Below, piece by piece: positions 25,753-37,020 of a stretch of DNA of 64,000 bases. Origin of the DNA: Selaginella moellendorffii (taxonomy: Eukaryota > Plantae > Lycopodiophyta); the NCBI RefSeq assembly GCF_000143415.4, contig NW_003314321.1, forward strand, positions 816,236 to 880,235. Direction: 5' to 3'. Under the pieces are notes generated by a model that was not told the DNA's origin, searched no databases, and saw nothing but the letters and a program-made list of their open reading frames with translations. The stretch's first letter is position 1. Every line of letters starts with the position of its first letter. Position numbers and translations under genes: made by a program.

Positions 25753-27718
25753 ATGGAGGGGATTTGGGTGCGGCATGCGGGGGGAGATGAAGCGCTGTGG
25801 TTTCCGTTGCTGCAGGGCGATCTTCCGATTGCCAGCATTGCTGGCTCGTGGGGTCTGGATCCTGCTACCTTGCGTCTAGGCCTTTTTGCTCTAGTGCCGG
25901 GCGCCATGGAGTTGGAGGTGATCAGGCAGCTTGCGGTGTCTGCTGGGCTTGGTGACGGACGCTCTCAGCAGACCCCGATCGTGATCCGCGGGTGGAAAGC
26001 TTCTACCGCTGGAGGATTAGCAAGTAGCGGTACGTTGCGTGATCTGATATTTTCAGTCATCTCTCTGTGCTTTTATAGAGATCGAGCGCATGGTTGAGGC
26101 GGCCACAGAAAAGGCATTGGCCAAGCGTCAGAAAACTACGACGTCGTATGTTGGCATCGGTAAACAAGTAATAGAAAGCGACGACTACAACTTTTCATGC
26201 TCCTCGGAGATCACAAGTCAGTTTACAGACGCACCGCAACTGGGGGCAGCAATGACTTATCTTCTTGAACAAGCTGGACAGAAAAGTCTGATTGATCTCG
26301 CTTTGGAAGAGGCTCGGACTCGCGACAAAGAGATGGATGATAACGGCTCCAAATGCGAGAGATATCGCAAGGAGGATCTGGGTTACAGATATATTCGAGG
26401 CGACGAGATAGAAGTTCAGCTGGCAATTGGCAGGATCATTCGCATCTTGGAGCAGGGAAGCCGTGAAGAAAATGCAAGTTATCGGATGGGCTGCATAGCG
26501 CAGGACACGAGCAGGTCTGGTATTCCCGGTTCTTCAGATAAACCGGACTACTCTTTTCGCACTGCGGACACGGCCGCTCTATCGTGGTCGCTGGTGGCTT
26601 TTGTCATGGAGCTCAAGGACGAGTTAGCCGAAGTATACACGGAATGTTTGGGAGAAACCACAGCAAGGCTAAATGCTATAAAGGTGGCCCAATCGAGCAG
26701 GAAGTTTGCGTATGCGGTGTTGCTTTGTAGACGGGAAATCCAGGTTCAGAAGCTGGATATGGCCGACGAGAAGAATCAGTTTACATTTACACAACGATAT
26801 CCTTGGGGTCTCGAGGAGGGATTTGGCCTCAGACTGCTTGTCGGAATCCTGCTGGGCGACGGGCGTGTGCATGGATTCAGTCCTCCTCCACAGATGCAGG
26901 GCCGCATAACTTTGGCGGATGGGAGTTATCTGCAGGACATGAAAGCCGTCGCTCTCAAAGGTCGTAAGCATGCCTCTCCTTCAGATCGAGGTTGCCTTGT
27001 TTATAAGGCAAATCTGGTACAGGGACAGAGCTTGACAGACGTTGCAGTGAAGATCTGCCCGGGTATGGACGATGAGCTTTTCGTTCTTGGCATGCTTACT
27101 GAGAAGAAGGTTGCCGGTGTGCTGCCTATTCTTTACAGTGGCAAGCTACAAAACCGGGATTGCTACTTGGTAACGAGATACTGTCAGCAGATAACGCTGG
27201 ACATGCAAGCTGAAGCAATCCTGAGCCTGGCTAGAGGGGTTGCTATGACACTGGGCCGTTTATCCCGCGAGGGTGTTGTTCATGGAGACGTTTCGATCGG
27301 TAACATCGTGTATGGGACTGATCGACATGGTGGCATTCATCCCTACTTGGTCGACTTTGGCTCGGCGGTCACGGGTGGTTTACCAGGTAAAGCAGTGGGC
27401 ACCCTTACCTTCGCAGCAGTTCAGACGCTTCTTAATGGGAAGTTGTGCTTGTCAAGTGACTTGGAGTGTCTTTTTTACGTGGTGGTGTTTCTCGCGCTAC
27501 AAGGCAAGACTTACTGGGGGCGAGCTGTTACCCCCACTGAGGCGGCTGACAGAAAGACAAGGTGTTTTTCTCTGGAATCCGAGTTTAAGAAGGAGGTTAT
27601 AAAGAAATGCAAGCGGGCTGGTCTCGTGGTTGCCATCCAAAAGCTGAGGGACCTGTTTTGGAAGTGTGGATACAATGAAAATGTCCAGGTCGACCAGTTC
27701 GTGCAATGCTTGATATAG
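25753..27718 (+). CDS. Header domain + PD-(D/E)xK nuclease fold + FunK1-like kinase (Crinkler-type architecture), copy B; exons 25753-26029 and 26079-27718, about 638 aa
   Basis: TATA-like catatatatag near 25724, ATG at 25753, and a 49-nt phase-1 GT-AG intron (26030-26078) joining MEGIWVRHAGG...GDGRSQQTPIVIRG...LASS in frame to EIER-MVEAATEK. Same nuclease and kinase motifs as copy A but VHGDVSIGN. Confidence 0.8.
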
Positions 27719-28074
27719 TTGTATGTTCATTGTCGATTCAAGTTTGGAGTACACAGGGAAAATCTGAAGAAATTGATTAGGTGAAATTCTCAAATTTGAA
27801 TTACAGTTGTTTTCCTTAATTTGATCTTTTTGATTCTTTTTCTCAAAGGGATTGAATTGAGCATAAATAATATCCATTTAATAAATATACATATATTGTA
27901 GAATTTTTTATTGTTGGAAAACTCTATTTTAAAACATTAATTAATTATTCTCTTTGTTTCTTATAATTTCATTTTGACTTCCTTCCCTAGAATATTATTT
28001 TTCTATGACCTGTTTTAGATCTTGTGGTTCCCATCTAGAAACATAAAATCCCTCTACTATAGCAAGAGCCTAAT

Positions 28075-28390
28075 GTCGAGCTCCACGTCGGATTGGTCGC
28101 CCTCGATGTATCCCAGCATGAGCGCCGTGGAGGCGACGGTGCTCTTGGCCTGCATTGCCTCAAAGACTGATCGAGCCTCGGCCAGGCAGCCGGATTTGCA
28201 GTAGAGATTGACGAGCGCGGTGGCGACGTGGATGTTGGCATCGTCGCCGCTGCTCTTGGCCCAGGCGTGGAGGATCCGCCCAGCCTTGATGTCACCGGAG
28301 CTGGTGCACGCCTTGAGGCGCGAGGGGAGAATCGATGTGCTCACCTTGTTGCCAGCGCTGCCTGTGCTGCAATGGCGGTGGCCAGCGATG
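28075..28390 (-). pseudogene. 5' fragment of the PPR gene at 56705
   Basis: STSILPSRLKACTSSGDIKAGRILHAWAKSSGDDANIHVATALVNLYCKSG... matches 56740-57050 and then stops. Confidence 0.85.
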
Positions 28391-28623
28391 CCTCCTCGGG
28401 GGCGGGCATTTAAAGCTGTTGACCGCTTTCATTGACTTTTATTGACCCTTTTATCATTGACTTAGGGCTGACTATTGAAAATTTATTGACCTAACTGTTG
28501 ACCAATATTATTTACAATGAATCAATGTTTTTTTGTTTTCTCGAAACTTTGGAGCACAGACGAGGATGGAGAAGCTACTTCGAACGATCATCCTGGCGAG
28601 CCGCGAGAGCTGTCCACCAATTC

Positions 28624-29720
28624 TCACAAGCTCTTGGATCTCTTCTTGACGATCCGGCGAAGAACCACCAATCTGGCCCTCCGGATGTCCCTGCTGCAGC
28701 GATCGACGTGCTCCTCCAGTTCGTCCAGATCCCGGATGAATGCGCTCTGCCGGCTCTTGAGCTGCTCCACCACCAGATGCATGCCAAAGCCGTCCGCGTG
28801 CCTCTGCCCAAACTGTATGCAGTGGACGATCGATTCCATGGAGTTCCTGAGGCTGTTGATGAGCGCTCGTATCGTGTCCATCTCCTTGATCGTCACAGAC
28901 GTCTTGAAGTTCGCTTCTCTCATCAGATCCCGGCGTGCCTGGAGCTCCTTCTCGTACTTGGTGAGGAAGGACTTGATCCATCTTCTCGAGTGGCATCGAC
29001 GATACCGCTGCCACCGCCCCTACGATCGCTGGGACTGTCATCACCGCCGCCACCACCGCACAGATCACCAGCGCCGCGCAAGTCGCAGCGTAGATGATCG
29101 TCGACACCTTCGTCCAGCCGCGGACATACCGCAGCTTCCTGTCCAGCGACTTCTTCTTCGCCTGAAGCTTTCTCTGCAGCTCCATCTGCTTCTGGTAGAC
29201 GGTTTGGAACTTCTCCATGAACTCGTCCGTGAAGGGGTTGCCGGCGTCCACGTACTGGTTGAGCTCTTTGAGAATTGCCTGGCACTGCTCCTCGTTTGGA
29301 TCTCCTTCGCTGGGCATCATGTTGATCGCTACCTGGATCGACATCTGGTTCTCCCTGGCCTGTTTGATACACTTGTTTAGCTCCTCGCAAAAGTCTAGCG
29401 TAGCCATGCTGTTGTCGAAGTAGTCCTTGACCAGCTCAAACAGCGAGTCGCTTGCCCACACGTCCTTCTTGTAGTTGAGAATTACGTTCACAACCTCCTG
29501 GTCGAGCTCTAAAAAGCTGGTGGTCACATCCTTTAACGACTGGAATGAAAGTCCCCTCTCGTCCACCCCGGCCACCATGCTCTGGAGCACCCTTTCTGTT
29601 CGTCCCATCCCCAAATTTTCTCACGTCTGGATCCATGGCACATACTCTCTCGTACTCGCTGAGATCTATGCTGCTCAAACTTTCTCCTGGCGAGAGTGAC
29701 CGGCTGCTCTGGTTACCCAT
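28624..29720 (-). pseudogene. DUF677/UPF0496 family pseudogene (copy 1)
   Basis: Near-identical to 48054-49166 but with two 8-bp deletions (near 29603 and 28984) that shift the frame. Confidence 0.88.
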
Positions 29721-29810
29721 TTCTTGTCTACTTCCTTCCCTGTTCTAAATTCCTGTAGGCCTACCTTCCTGTTCTAAAGTAAACCTTTCTCCAATTCCTG
29801 GCAACGACCC

Positions 29811-30368
29811 TGGAGTTCCTTTGAACATATCTATTGCCTGATTGATCTCTCCAGCTCGGGCAAAGAGCGTGATCATCGTGTTCCACGACACAGAATCCTT
29901 CTCGGGCATCTTCTCGAAGAAGTCCACGGCCTGGAACGGATTCGAAGAATCGCAAAGAGCCGAGAGGAGAACATTCCACGCGACTTGATCCTTGTGTGGA
30001 ATCTTTTGGAAGAGTAGCATCGCTAGCTCGATCCGGCCGTGCTGGGCCAGCGTTTTGAGCATCACTGTCCAGGACACAGCATCTCTCACTGCCATTCTCT
30101 CGAACAAAAGCATCGCCTCGTGGATATGCCCGTTTTGGGCATATGCCGTGAGGAGAATATTCCAGGAGTGGGAATTTGGAGCTACCAAGGCGTCAAAGCA
30201 TCCACACTTGCCATACATCTCAATGGTGAGATTGGTGAGATAAAGATTCCTCCTATTGCTCTTGGCAATGCATACAACCACGCTCTTTCCCTCGGCTAAA
30301 TCTCTCGACTCTCCGCAAGACTTTAGCAGCGAGGCATACGATTCGATTTCTTTGTTCTTGGTCGCCAT
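29811..30368 (-). pseudogene. Truncated copy of the PLS-PPR gene at 50021-52039
   Basis: MATKNKEIESYASLLKSCG... matches 51242-51823 with internal deletions, then fuses to the DUF677 upstream region. Confidence 0.85.
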
Positions 30369-30634
30369 TTGGCCATGAGCTTTGCTAGAGCGAAGATATG
30401 ACCACTCGAACTCCCATATATTGACAAAGTTTTCTACTTCCAAACGTCGCAACAATGGAAGATCATTAGAGAATCACAAAGATATGGCATTCTTACCTCG
30501 GGAAAATTTGTCCAATGCTTATCAAGGCCAGCTTCGCGATCCAGAAACATGCACTTGGATCCTGGAAACAAGCACCACAAGTAGTTGCAAGAAGCCAGAC
30601 TATCGCACGTACCGTGAGGAAGAAGAACTGAACT

Positions 30635-32798
30635 TTACGTCGTCGATGTTATGTATCGAGTTGCAAGCTGTCCAAACACTTCCCCTCGATGCTCAAAGTT
30701 GCGAAACTCGTCAAAACTGGCACAAGCTGGGCTGAGAAGAATAATATCTCCTGTAAAGATGATGAGATGAATAAAGAAAGCGTGCTTCCAGCAATGAATA
30801 CCTTGTTTGGAGAGTTTCTCAGCTATAGCTACAGCATCTTCCATGGTCAGGGAACGGAAGCATGGGATTGAAACGTTGGCTTCCTTCAACTCTTTCTCGA
30901 TCTGTTTGCCAAATGCACCGAACTACAACGGGAAAACGTGAGTAGCATGGACACAGTTTTCCCGAGGCTTACTGTGACGATGGCCCTGTGATTTTGTAGG
31001 AGATCGCTTAGTTTCTTGAATCCAAGGCTTCCATCCTGATCAAGGACCTGCGAGCAAGAGAAATGACATGAGACGTTGTCACAGTTTTTAAAGTAGTTTT
31101 TAACTTACCTTTGCGAGACCTCCGAGGAGTATAACAGCTTTTCGATCGGCGAGGCCTTTGATGCCCGTGTAAGCTGCATCCACATTCGTGGCCTTGCTGT
31201 CGTTGATCCACAAAACACCTTTCTTGTCTTGTCCAACTAGAAGAACAAGCGATGAGAAACGAAAAAAATGGAAAGCATACCAATTTGCATCCGATGAGGT
31301 AAAGGTGTGAGTTGTCCAATCGCTGCCTGTAGTTTGTGCTCGTCGACACCAAGGTCTAGCGCAAGAGAGAGCAAGGAAGCAGTCGCAGCATTCTGAGCAT
31401 TGTGGGAACCAACAGCTTTCAATCCACTGAGATATAATCGGGCTTCAGCTTTCGTTGTTGGAACCACCACGACGGCTCGCCTTGCCTGGTTATCAAGCTG
31501 AGAAATGAGAAGATAAATGAGCACAACTTAGCAGCACATCCAAAGAGAAATACAAAATAAATAACTGGAACACCTGAACGCCAGGGAGTGCTCCAAGCCA
31601 GGCTTTGGTGCTGCCACTGTTATACTTATATGCAACCTTTCTCAGGAACTCGTCCCCTGTGGAAAACTCATGTCAACATGGAAAATATTAAAGACACCAT
31701 AGTTATATCGATTTCAATGTCCAGACGCAAGAAAGTTTTACCATGAGGAATGATGGATAACTTCGAGGAATCCATACGCTCAAACAGCCGGCACTTTGTC
31801 TCGCCATAGTTTTCCATGCTCTTGTGGCGCTCCAAGTGGTCGGGCGACAAGTTAAGAATCACGCCAACCTGCGCATCACAAAAACAGTAAAAACTCAGAA
31901 TGCAAGGAAGGGCAGTACTCACAGACGGAGAAAAAGATCCCGGAAGCTCCAGTTGATAGCTGCTAACTTCTAAAACCGCTGCCTGGAGTTAGCCACCGTA
32001 TGAAGCAACGATACCAAAAACTTCAAGCACTTACCTGGTAAGGAGGATCGTCGGAAGGAAACATAAAACACTCGCACGCAGCATCAGAGAATGGTGTCCC
32101 GAGATTTCCTCCTACGAAAGTCCGCACTCCAGCTTGCTGCAAAATCTATTCCACCACGAAATCTGTGCTATGGACAAGAGGAGATAAAAAGCGAGCAACA
32201 ACCAACTTTACCTGACCAGTAAAGGTCGTGACCGTAGATTTTCCGTTGGTGCCTGTCACAGCAGCAATTTTCACAGCTTTCGGGAACGCTTCAGCAGCAA
32301 ATCCGAGCTCCGAGATCGTTGGAATGCCCTGGAAATATTTTTTTCTAGGAGCTCCGTTGATACTCAAAAACGAACTTACCGAGTCCATGGCATAGGCGAG
32401 AATGGGCTCGCTAAGTGGAACTCCTGGCGAGACAACAATTCTGGAAGCACTGAGGAACGTTTCCAGTTGATGAGGACCGAGCTCGGTGCTGACCCGATCC
32501 ATTTCATAGCCATGGAATGCAGGATCTTCCTTGAAAGAAAAAAAGTTCTAGCACGAGAAAACAAAACTCCACTTTACCTTGAGAGGCGCAAGCTTGTCAT
32601 TCTTGTCCACGGCAATGACACTGGCTCCACGAAGCAGGGCAAGCCTGATCGCAGCCCTGCCGGAGGAACCCAATCCAACCACCTGTGAGAGGCGAAGGAA
32701 TGTGTGAATCCATATGAAGCAATGCTTACCACAACGCGCTTGCCGGAGAGGTCGAGCCGAGCGCTAGGCGCGCAGCAAAGCACTGGCGCTGTAGCCAT
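30635..32798 (-). CDS. murD: UDP-N-acetylmuramoyl-L-alanine--D-glutamate ligase (plastid peptidoglycan), copy 1, multi-exon
   Basis: [84 protein letters not shown] and [19 protein letters not shown], joined by short GT-AG introns. Confidence 0.93.
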
Positions 32799-34319
32799 AA
32801 TAGACCCAAATATAAGGTCTTGCAGGAGAGATTCACTTTATCAAAGTTTTCATTGATGCACCTTGACCGAGAACAAAGTGTGCTATAGTGTAAGCGTTCA
32901 CAGAAACACTGCCAGCTTTCACTAAAAACACCTACTTTCAATGAAAGTCCGTGAGGGTCCAGTTACAGAGTCACCACGAACGCTCTTAGTTTGTCCTTCC
33001 TGCCCATGTATCGGCACAACTCAGGATAATTTGTTCTCTCGTATCAACTGCTCCGTTTCAGCCTTAGTGTTTCTCGTCTGCGCTTCGTTTTGCAATTCAT
33101 TCTTAAACACGAGGACATGCACAAAGAGCAAAAAGTTCCAGCACTCGCTCAAAGTCGTCCCTTCCGTACAGCAGCACTCACTCTCGTCCATTTTCCTTCA
33201 GATTTTTCCTTCACGCATCAAGTTCGATCATTAAATGGATGGCTTTTGACAAGCACAAACCTGCTTGAAGCAGGCAGCTCTGAAGTTTGGTACCGACCGC
33301 CATACACATTCAACCTCCACATGAACAAGGGAATGGACTCGAGAAGCTCGGCAATGGCAAACGCAACTGGACGCTTAATTTCCATGCACATCCGGTTCAG
33401 TTGTGTAATACATCTAAATCGGACAGCGCAATATAGATAGACATTAGATCAACATTAGATCAACAGAAAAGAATTTCAAATACCTTGCCTTCTTGTATCT
33501 CAAAACCAATGGTCACCTTAAACATATAGTAGCGACCCACACAAGAATCTATCCAAGTATCGCCATATCTAGGTAGATAGATCACTTCAAACCTTGACAA
33601 GGTTTGTGATTTCATTTTAGTGAATCCCATTTTGTGTTTGGTTTTTCTTTAGCACAGCCCAAGGCTTGTTGGCTCGGTTGATGACCTCTCGAAGCAGGAG
33701 AAGCTCGAGGCGCGAGTTTTTCCTGAGGGGTAAGGCTCCAGTGCGCGAATCAAGAGGCTGGATGCTACCTCGCTCGAGCAGATTCGAAGAGGAAGCCGGC
33801 TCTAGAGTTATAAGAATAGTTAAATATGACTAGTAAAATTGGTTGGTGCCACATTAATTGATTGGATGCCTGATTGGATAAATATATTACCCCCTTTGTG
33901 TTATGAAAGGTTCCTTAGTCCTTAAATTATATTTTATGTTTTATTGTTAATATTATAAAATATTGGTATAAAAAAGGTGGTAGATTTAGATGACCATTGT
34001 TAAATGCATATATTAAATAAGAAAACATTTTTGAATGGTGAACAAAATCTTTGCAAAGTTGGAAATCATTTTATAAATTTGGTGGAAGATAAAATTTATG
34101 ATAGAGTAAAATAGATATAGAAAGGAAAGAGTAATTCTGAAGGGATTTAGTTTCACTTGTTTTTGAATTTAACTTCAAATATTAGGTTATAGAGAAAAGG
34201 TAGTTATAATTTATATATATCTTGACTTTGAATATAGCATTTTTTATTGAAGATTTTTCCTGTCACATAATCTTACACAAATAAGATGTATAGTTGTAAG
34301 TTATATTGGTTATTTGTAA

Positions 34320-34890
34320 GTCAATATAAATAACCAAAGAGAACAACTTGAAAGACAATCCATAAAATTCAAATATAGAAAGAAAGGGCCCATAAATAAG
34401 AGTTTACCCCCTTTTCTAATTGCTTAAGGGGCTTCGAATACTTGGGGTTAATCATCCTTAGTACTAGGTTAAGTGACTTCCCAGAAAGTCCAAATTCATG
34501 AGTTTATATTTGTATTGGAGTGGGTCTCAAGTTCAATTATGTTGGTTGGCTTAAGGGAATCGCACTACATCTTGATTGACATTTGGCAGGTCTAATTTAT
34601 TCCAACTGGGCTTGACCTGAAAGGTAGGGTGTTAAGAGAGTAAGGTTCTCAGGAGAGCTATAGCTCTCAACTTCCATTCATGAGGGCATGAAATTGCAAA
34701 GAAGTGTAGTGGATTATAAGCAACTAAAGAGAACAATTTAAAAGATAATCCATAGGGTTAAAATATCAAAGGAAAAAACCTATGAATAAAAGTGCACTTT
34801 TTTTTTTACTTAAGGTTAAGCGTCTTTGGGTTTAAATAGTATTGGGTTGGGTGACTTTTCGGGAAGTTCAAATTTTGGAACTTACACCCA
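34320..34890 (+). mobile_element. Degenerate Cassandra-like TRIM: two direct repeats of about 190 bp, each with a 5S rRNA internal-control-region-like core
   Basis: Repeats at about 34328-34513 and 34717-34890. Cores tagtactaggttaagtgacttcccagaaagtcc (34459-34491) and ggttaagcgtctttgggtttaaatagtattgggttgggtgacttttcgggaagttc (34814-34869) resemble plant 5S GTTAAGCGTGCTTGGGCGAGAGTAGTACTAGGATGGGTGACCTCCTGGGAAGTCC. Confidence 0.6.
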
Positions 34891-35089
34891 ATAGTAATGT
34901 TGTCTAATAATTGAATATAGAATATTTTCAATCTATATCCATTCACTTGAGTGTCATATTTTTCTCTATCAAGATTTACTAGCAAGTATAGTCCATTGAT
35001 ATAGGTTATCTTATCCCATTATTACGGAAAAAAAATTTCATAAATATTTTATCAATTCTACTATTATATTTTATAACTAGATTTCCAAT

Positions 35090-36330
35090 TTAAAATACCT
35101 TTACAAATTTCTTATCAAATCTAAAGTTTCTTTTTTGTTGAATTACTTCTATATGTTGAAGAACTTGATGTTGATTCTCATCTATCCCTTCAAGTTGAAT
35201 AAGCCTCAATTCCAAGTCTTTATTATCATTTAATTCATGCTTCAATGCTAGTTGTAAAGTTGAGATTTCCAACTTAATTGGAAATATAACTTCTATCTTA
35301 TAAATTAATAAAAAGGAGTTTTTTCATATCAGGCCTACTAGCACTTCTTTGGGTTACAATATTATCCTTTGAAGTCATGTTTGATGAGTCCCATATACCT
35401 CATGTGGAATTTGCCATTCTTACTAGTTCAAACTCTGCTTTAATGTTTTGGCTGAAGCTAGACATCAGGAGTAGGTTTACTTGGGCAAATAGGGAAAATT
35501 CAGTGACATGGCCTTAATTTTTAGCTTGGTAACAAAGGCATAGTGTTATGATTTTGTAGCCAATCCTACAAGGCTTACAAAAACTAAATTTTTGTTTTGG
35601 GGCGGAACTTGCAATATCTAAGTGGAGTGTGGAAATAGAAAATATGGGATTAATGGTGTAATGGTGGAAGCATGAGATGTTAAGATCAGTGGTAACAATG
35701 GAAGTGGTAAAGTTCTGGTGAGTTATTTAAATTTTTTATGAGCCATTCTGTGGGGGAAATTGGAAATTATGGATGGAGTACTCTCTCTTGGATTGGATTG
35801 GTCCTTGTTCTTTAAGCAGATGGGTCGAATGGCAAATATAAAAGCTGTGGAGATTTGCATTTTATATGGAAATGACGGCTTGTTAACAGGGACTAAAAAA
35901 ATTTTAGATGGGCTGGCTGATTTGAAGTTAAAATTTATTGAAGTTGGAGATTATGTGAAGGGAAATCACTAGGGGGTGAACATGGAAAACATTTCTATAG
36001 GCTCTAGAACTATAAATTGTAGCACTCATGAATCAACAATGTTTGACACTAGCAGTGCATACTTGATGCTTGGAAAAAAATGTTATCAGGAGGTTAGAAA
36101 AACTTATATAGCATAGGTGCATGCAGAAATTATAAGATCACTGGATATAATTAACAACTCAAAAGCAAATGTTAAGAAATGGATTGCTAGCAATAGCTAC
36201 CAGGTTTGGCTTTACCCTTTTTGCCTTGGATCCACCACAAACAATGACATAAGGTTATAATTGCCTCTTAAGGGATTTACCAAAAGTCTATGTTGGACAA
36301 ATTTAACACTACATGACATCTACTAGATTT
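35090..36330 (-). mobile_element. Heavily decayed Ty3/gypsy fragments (integrase C-terminus; gag/zinc-knuckle remnant)
   Basis: KTPFLLIYKIEVIFPIKLEISTLQL...RLIQLEGIDE...QQKRNFRFDKK is typical of gypsy integrase tails; CCHC-like remnant near 35500-35545. Confidence 0.55.
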
Positions 36331-36419
36331 TTGAGGGTTAAGTGCATTTTTTCCCCATCTGTAAGTACTTGAGTTTTTACTATTTTGCAAAGCAAAGGTT
36401 GGAGTGCCCAACCACTTGG

Positions 36420-37020
36420 AGCGCTTCCAACAATAAATACTTTGTGTTCAGAGTTTTTCAACTCTTGCTACAACATCTTCCATAGTCAAAGAATAAAAGT
36501 AGGGCTTGAAACATTAGCTTCCTTTAGCTCTTTCTCAATTTGTTCACCAAATGCACTGAACTACAATGCAAAAATGTGGAGACATAATTTTGCCAAGCTT
36601 GAAGATTGCTTAGTTTTTGTATTCAAGGCTTTTAAAGACCTGCGAACAAGAAAATATAATTGGATACTATAAGTTGCATTCACATGAAAAAAAATGGAAA
36701 GCATGCCAATTTGCATTTGGTGAGGCAAATGTGGAAGTTGTCCATCGTTGCTTGAAGTTTTTGCTCGTCTACACCAATATCCAGACCATAATTGCTCATA
36801 AGAAAAGAAAAATGAGCATAAATTAACATCACATCAAATGAGACACCTGAATATAAGGAAGTGCTCCAAGCAAAGCTTTGGTGCTACCACTATTAAACTT
36901 ATATGCAACCTTTCTCAAGAACTCGTTTACTATACACTTATGTCTCTTAACTTTACATTAGAAATGAGGAAGGATGAATAACTTTAAGGAATCCATATGG
37001 TGGCACTTTGTATTGCCATC
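36420..37020 (-). pseudogene. Third, heavily mutated and internally deleted murD relic
   Basis: Colinear with about 30780-31810 (e.g. gagtttttcaactcttgctacaacatcttccat, ccaaatgcactgaactacaa, gtgctccaagcaaagctttggtgctaccac, ttatatgcaacctttctcaagaactcg), including intron sequence. Confidence 0.8.

Larger units (their letters stand above)
23210..28010. repeat. Large inverted repeat: arms about 23210-25166 and 26045-28010, spacer 25167-26044
   Basis: Arms are near-identical reverse complements through the CDS and continue with indels into the AT-rich 3' flanks (tattagaaacaaagagaata / tattctctttgtttcttata). Confidence 0.9.

Noticed and set aside
30635-32798. murD as bacterial contamination or recent horizontal transfer
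   Set aside because: It has many spliceosomal introns and lies among plant PPR and DUF677 genes; nuclear Mur genes are expected in seed-free plants.
34459-34869. Functional 5S rRNA genes
   Set aside because: Only the internal control region is similar. The 5' half and T-run terminator context are missing and the match is degenerate.
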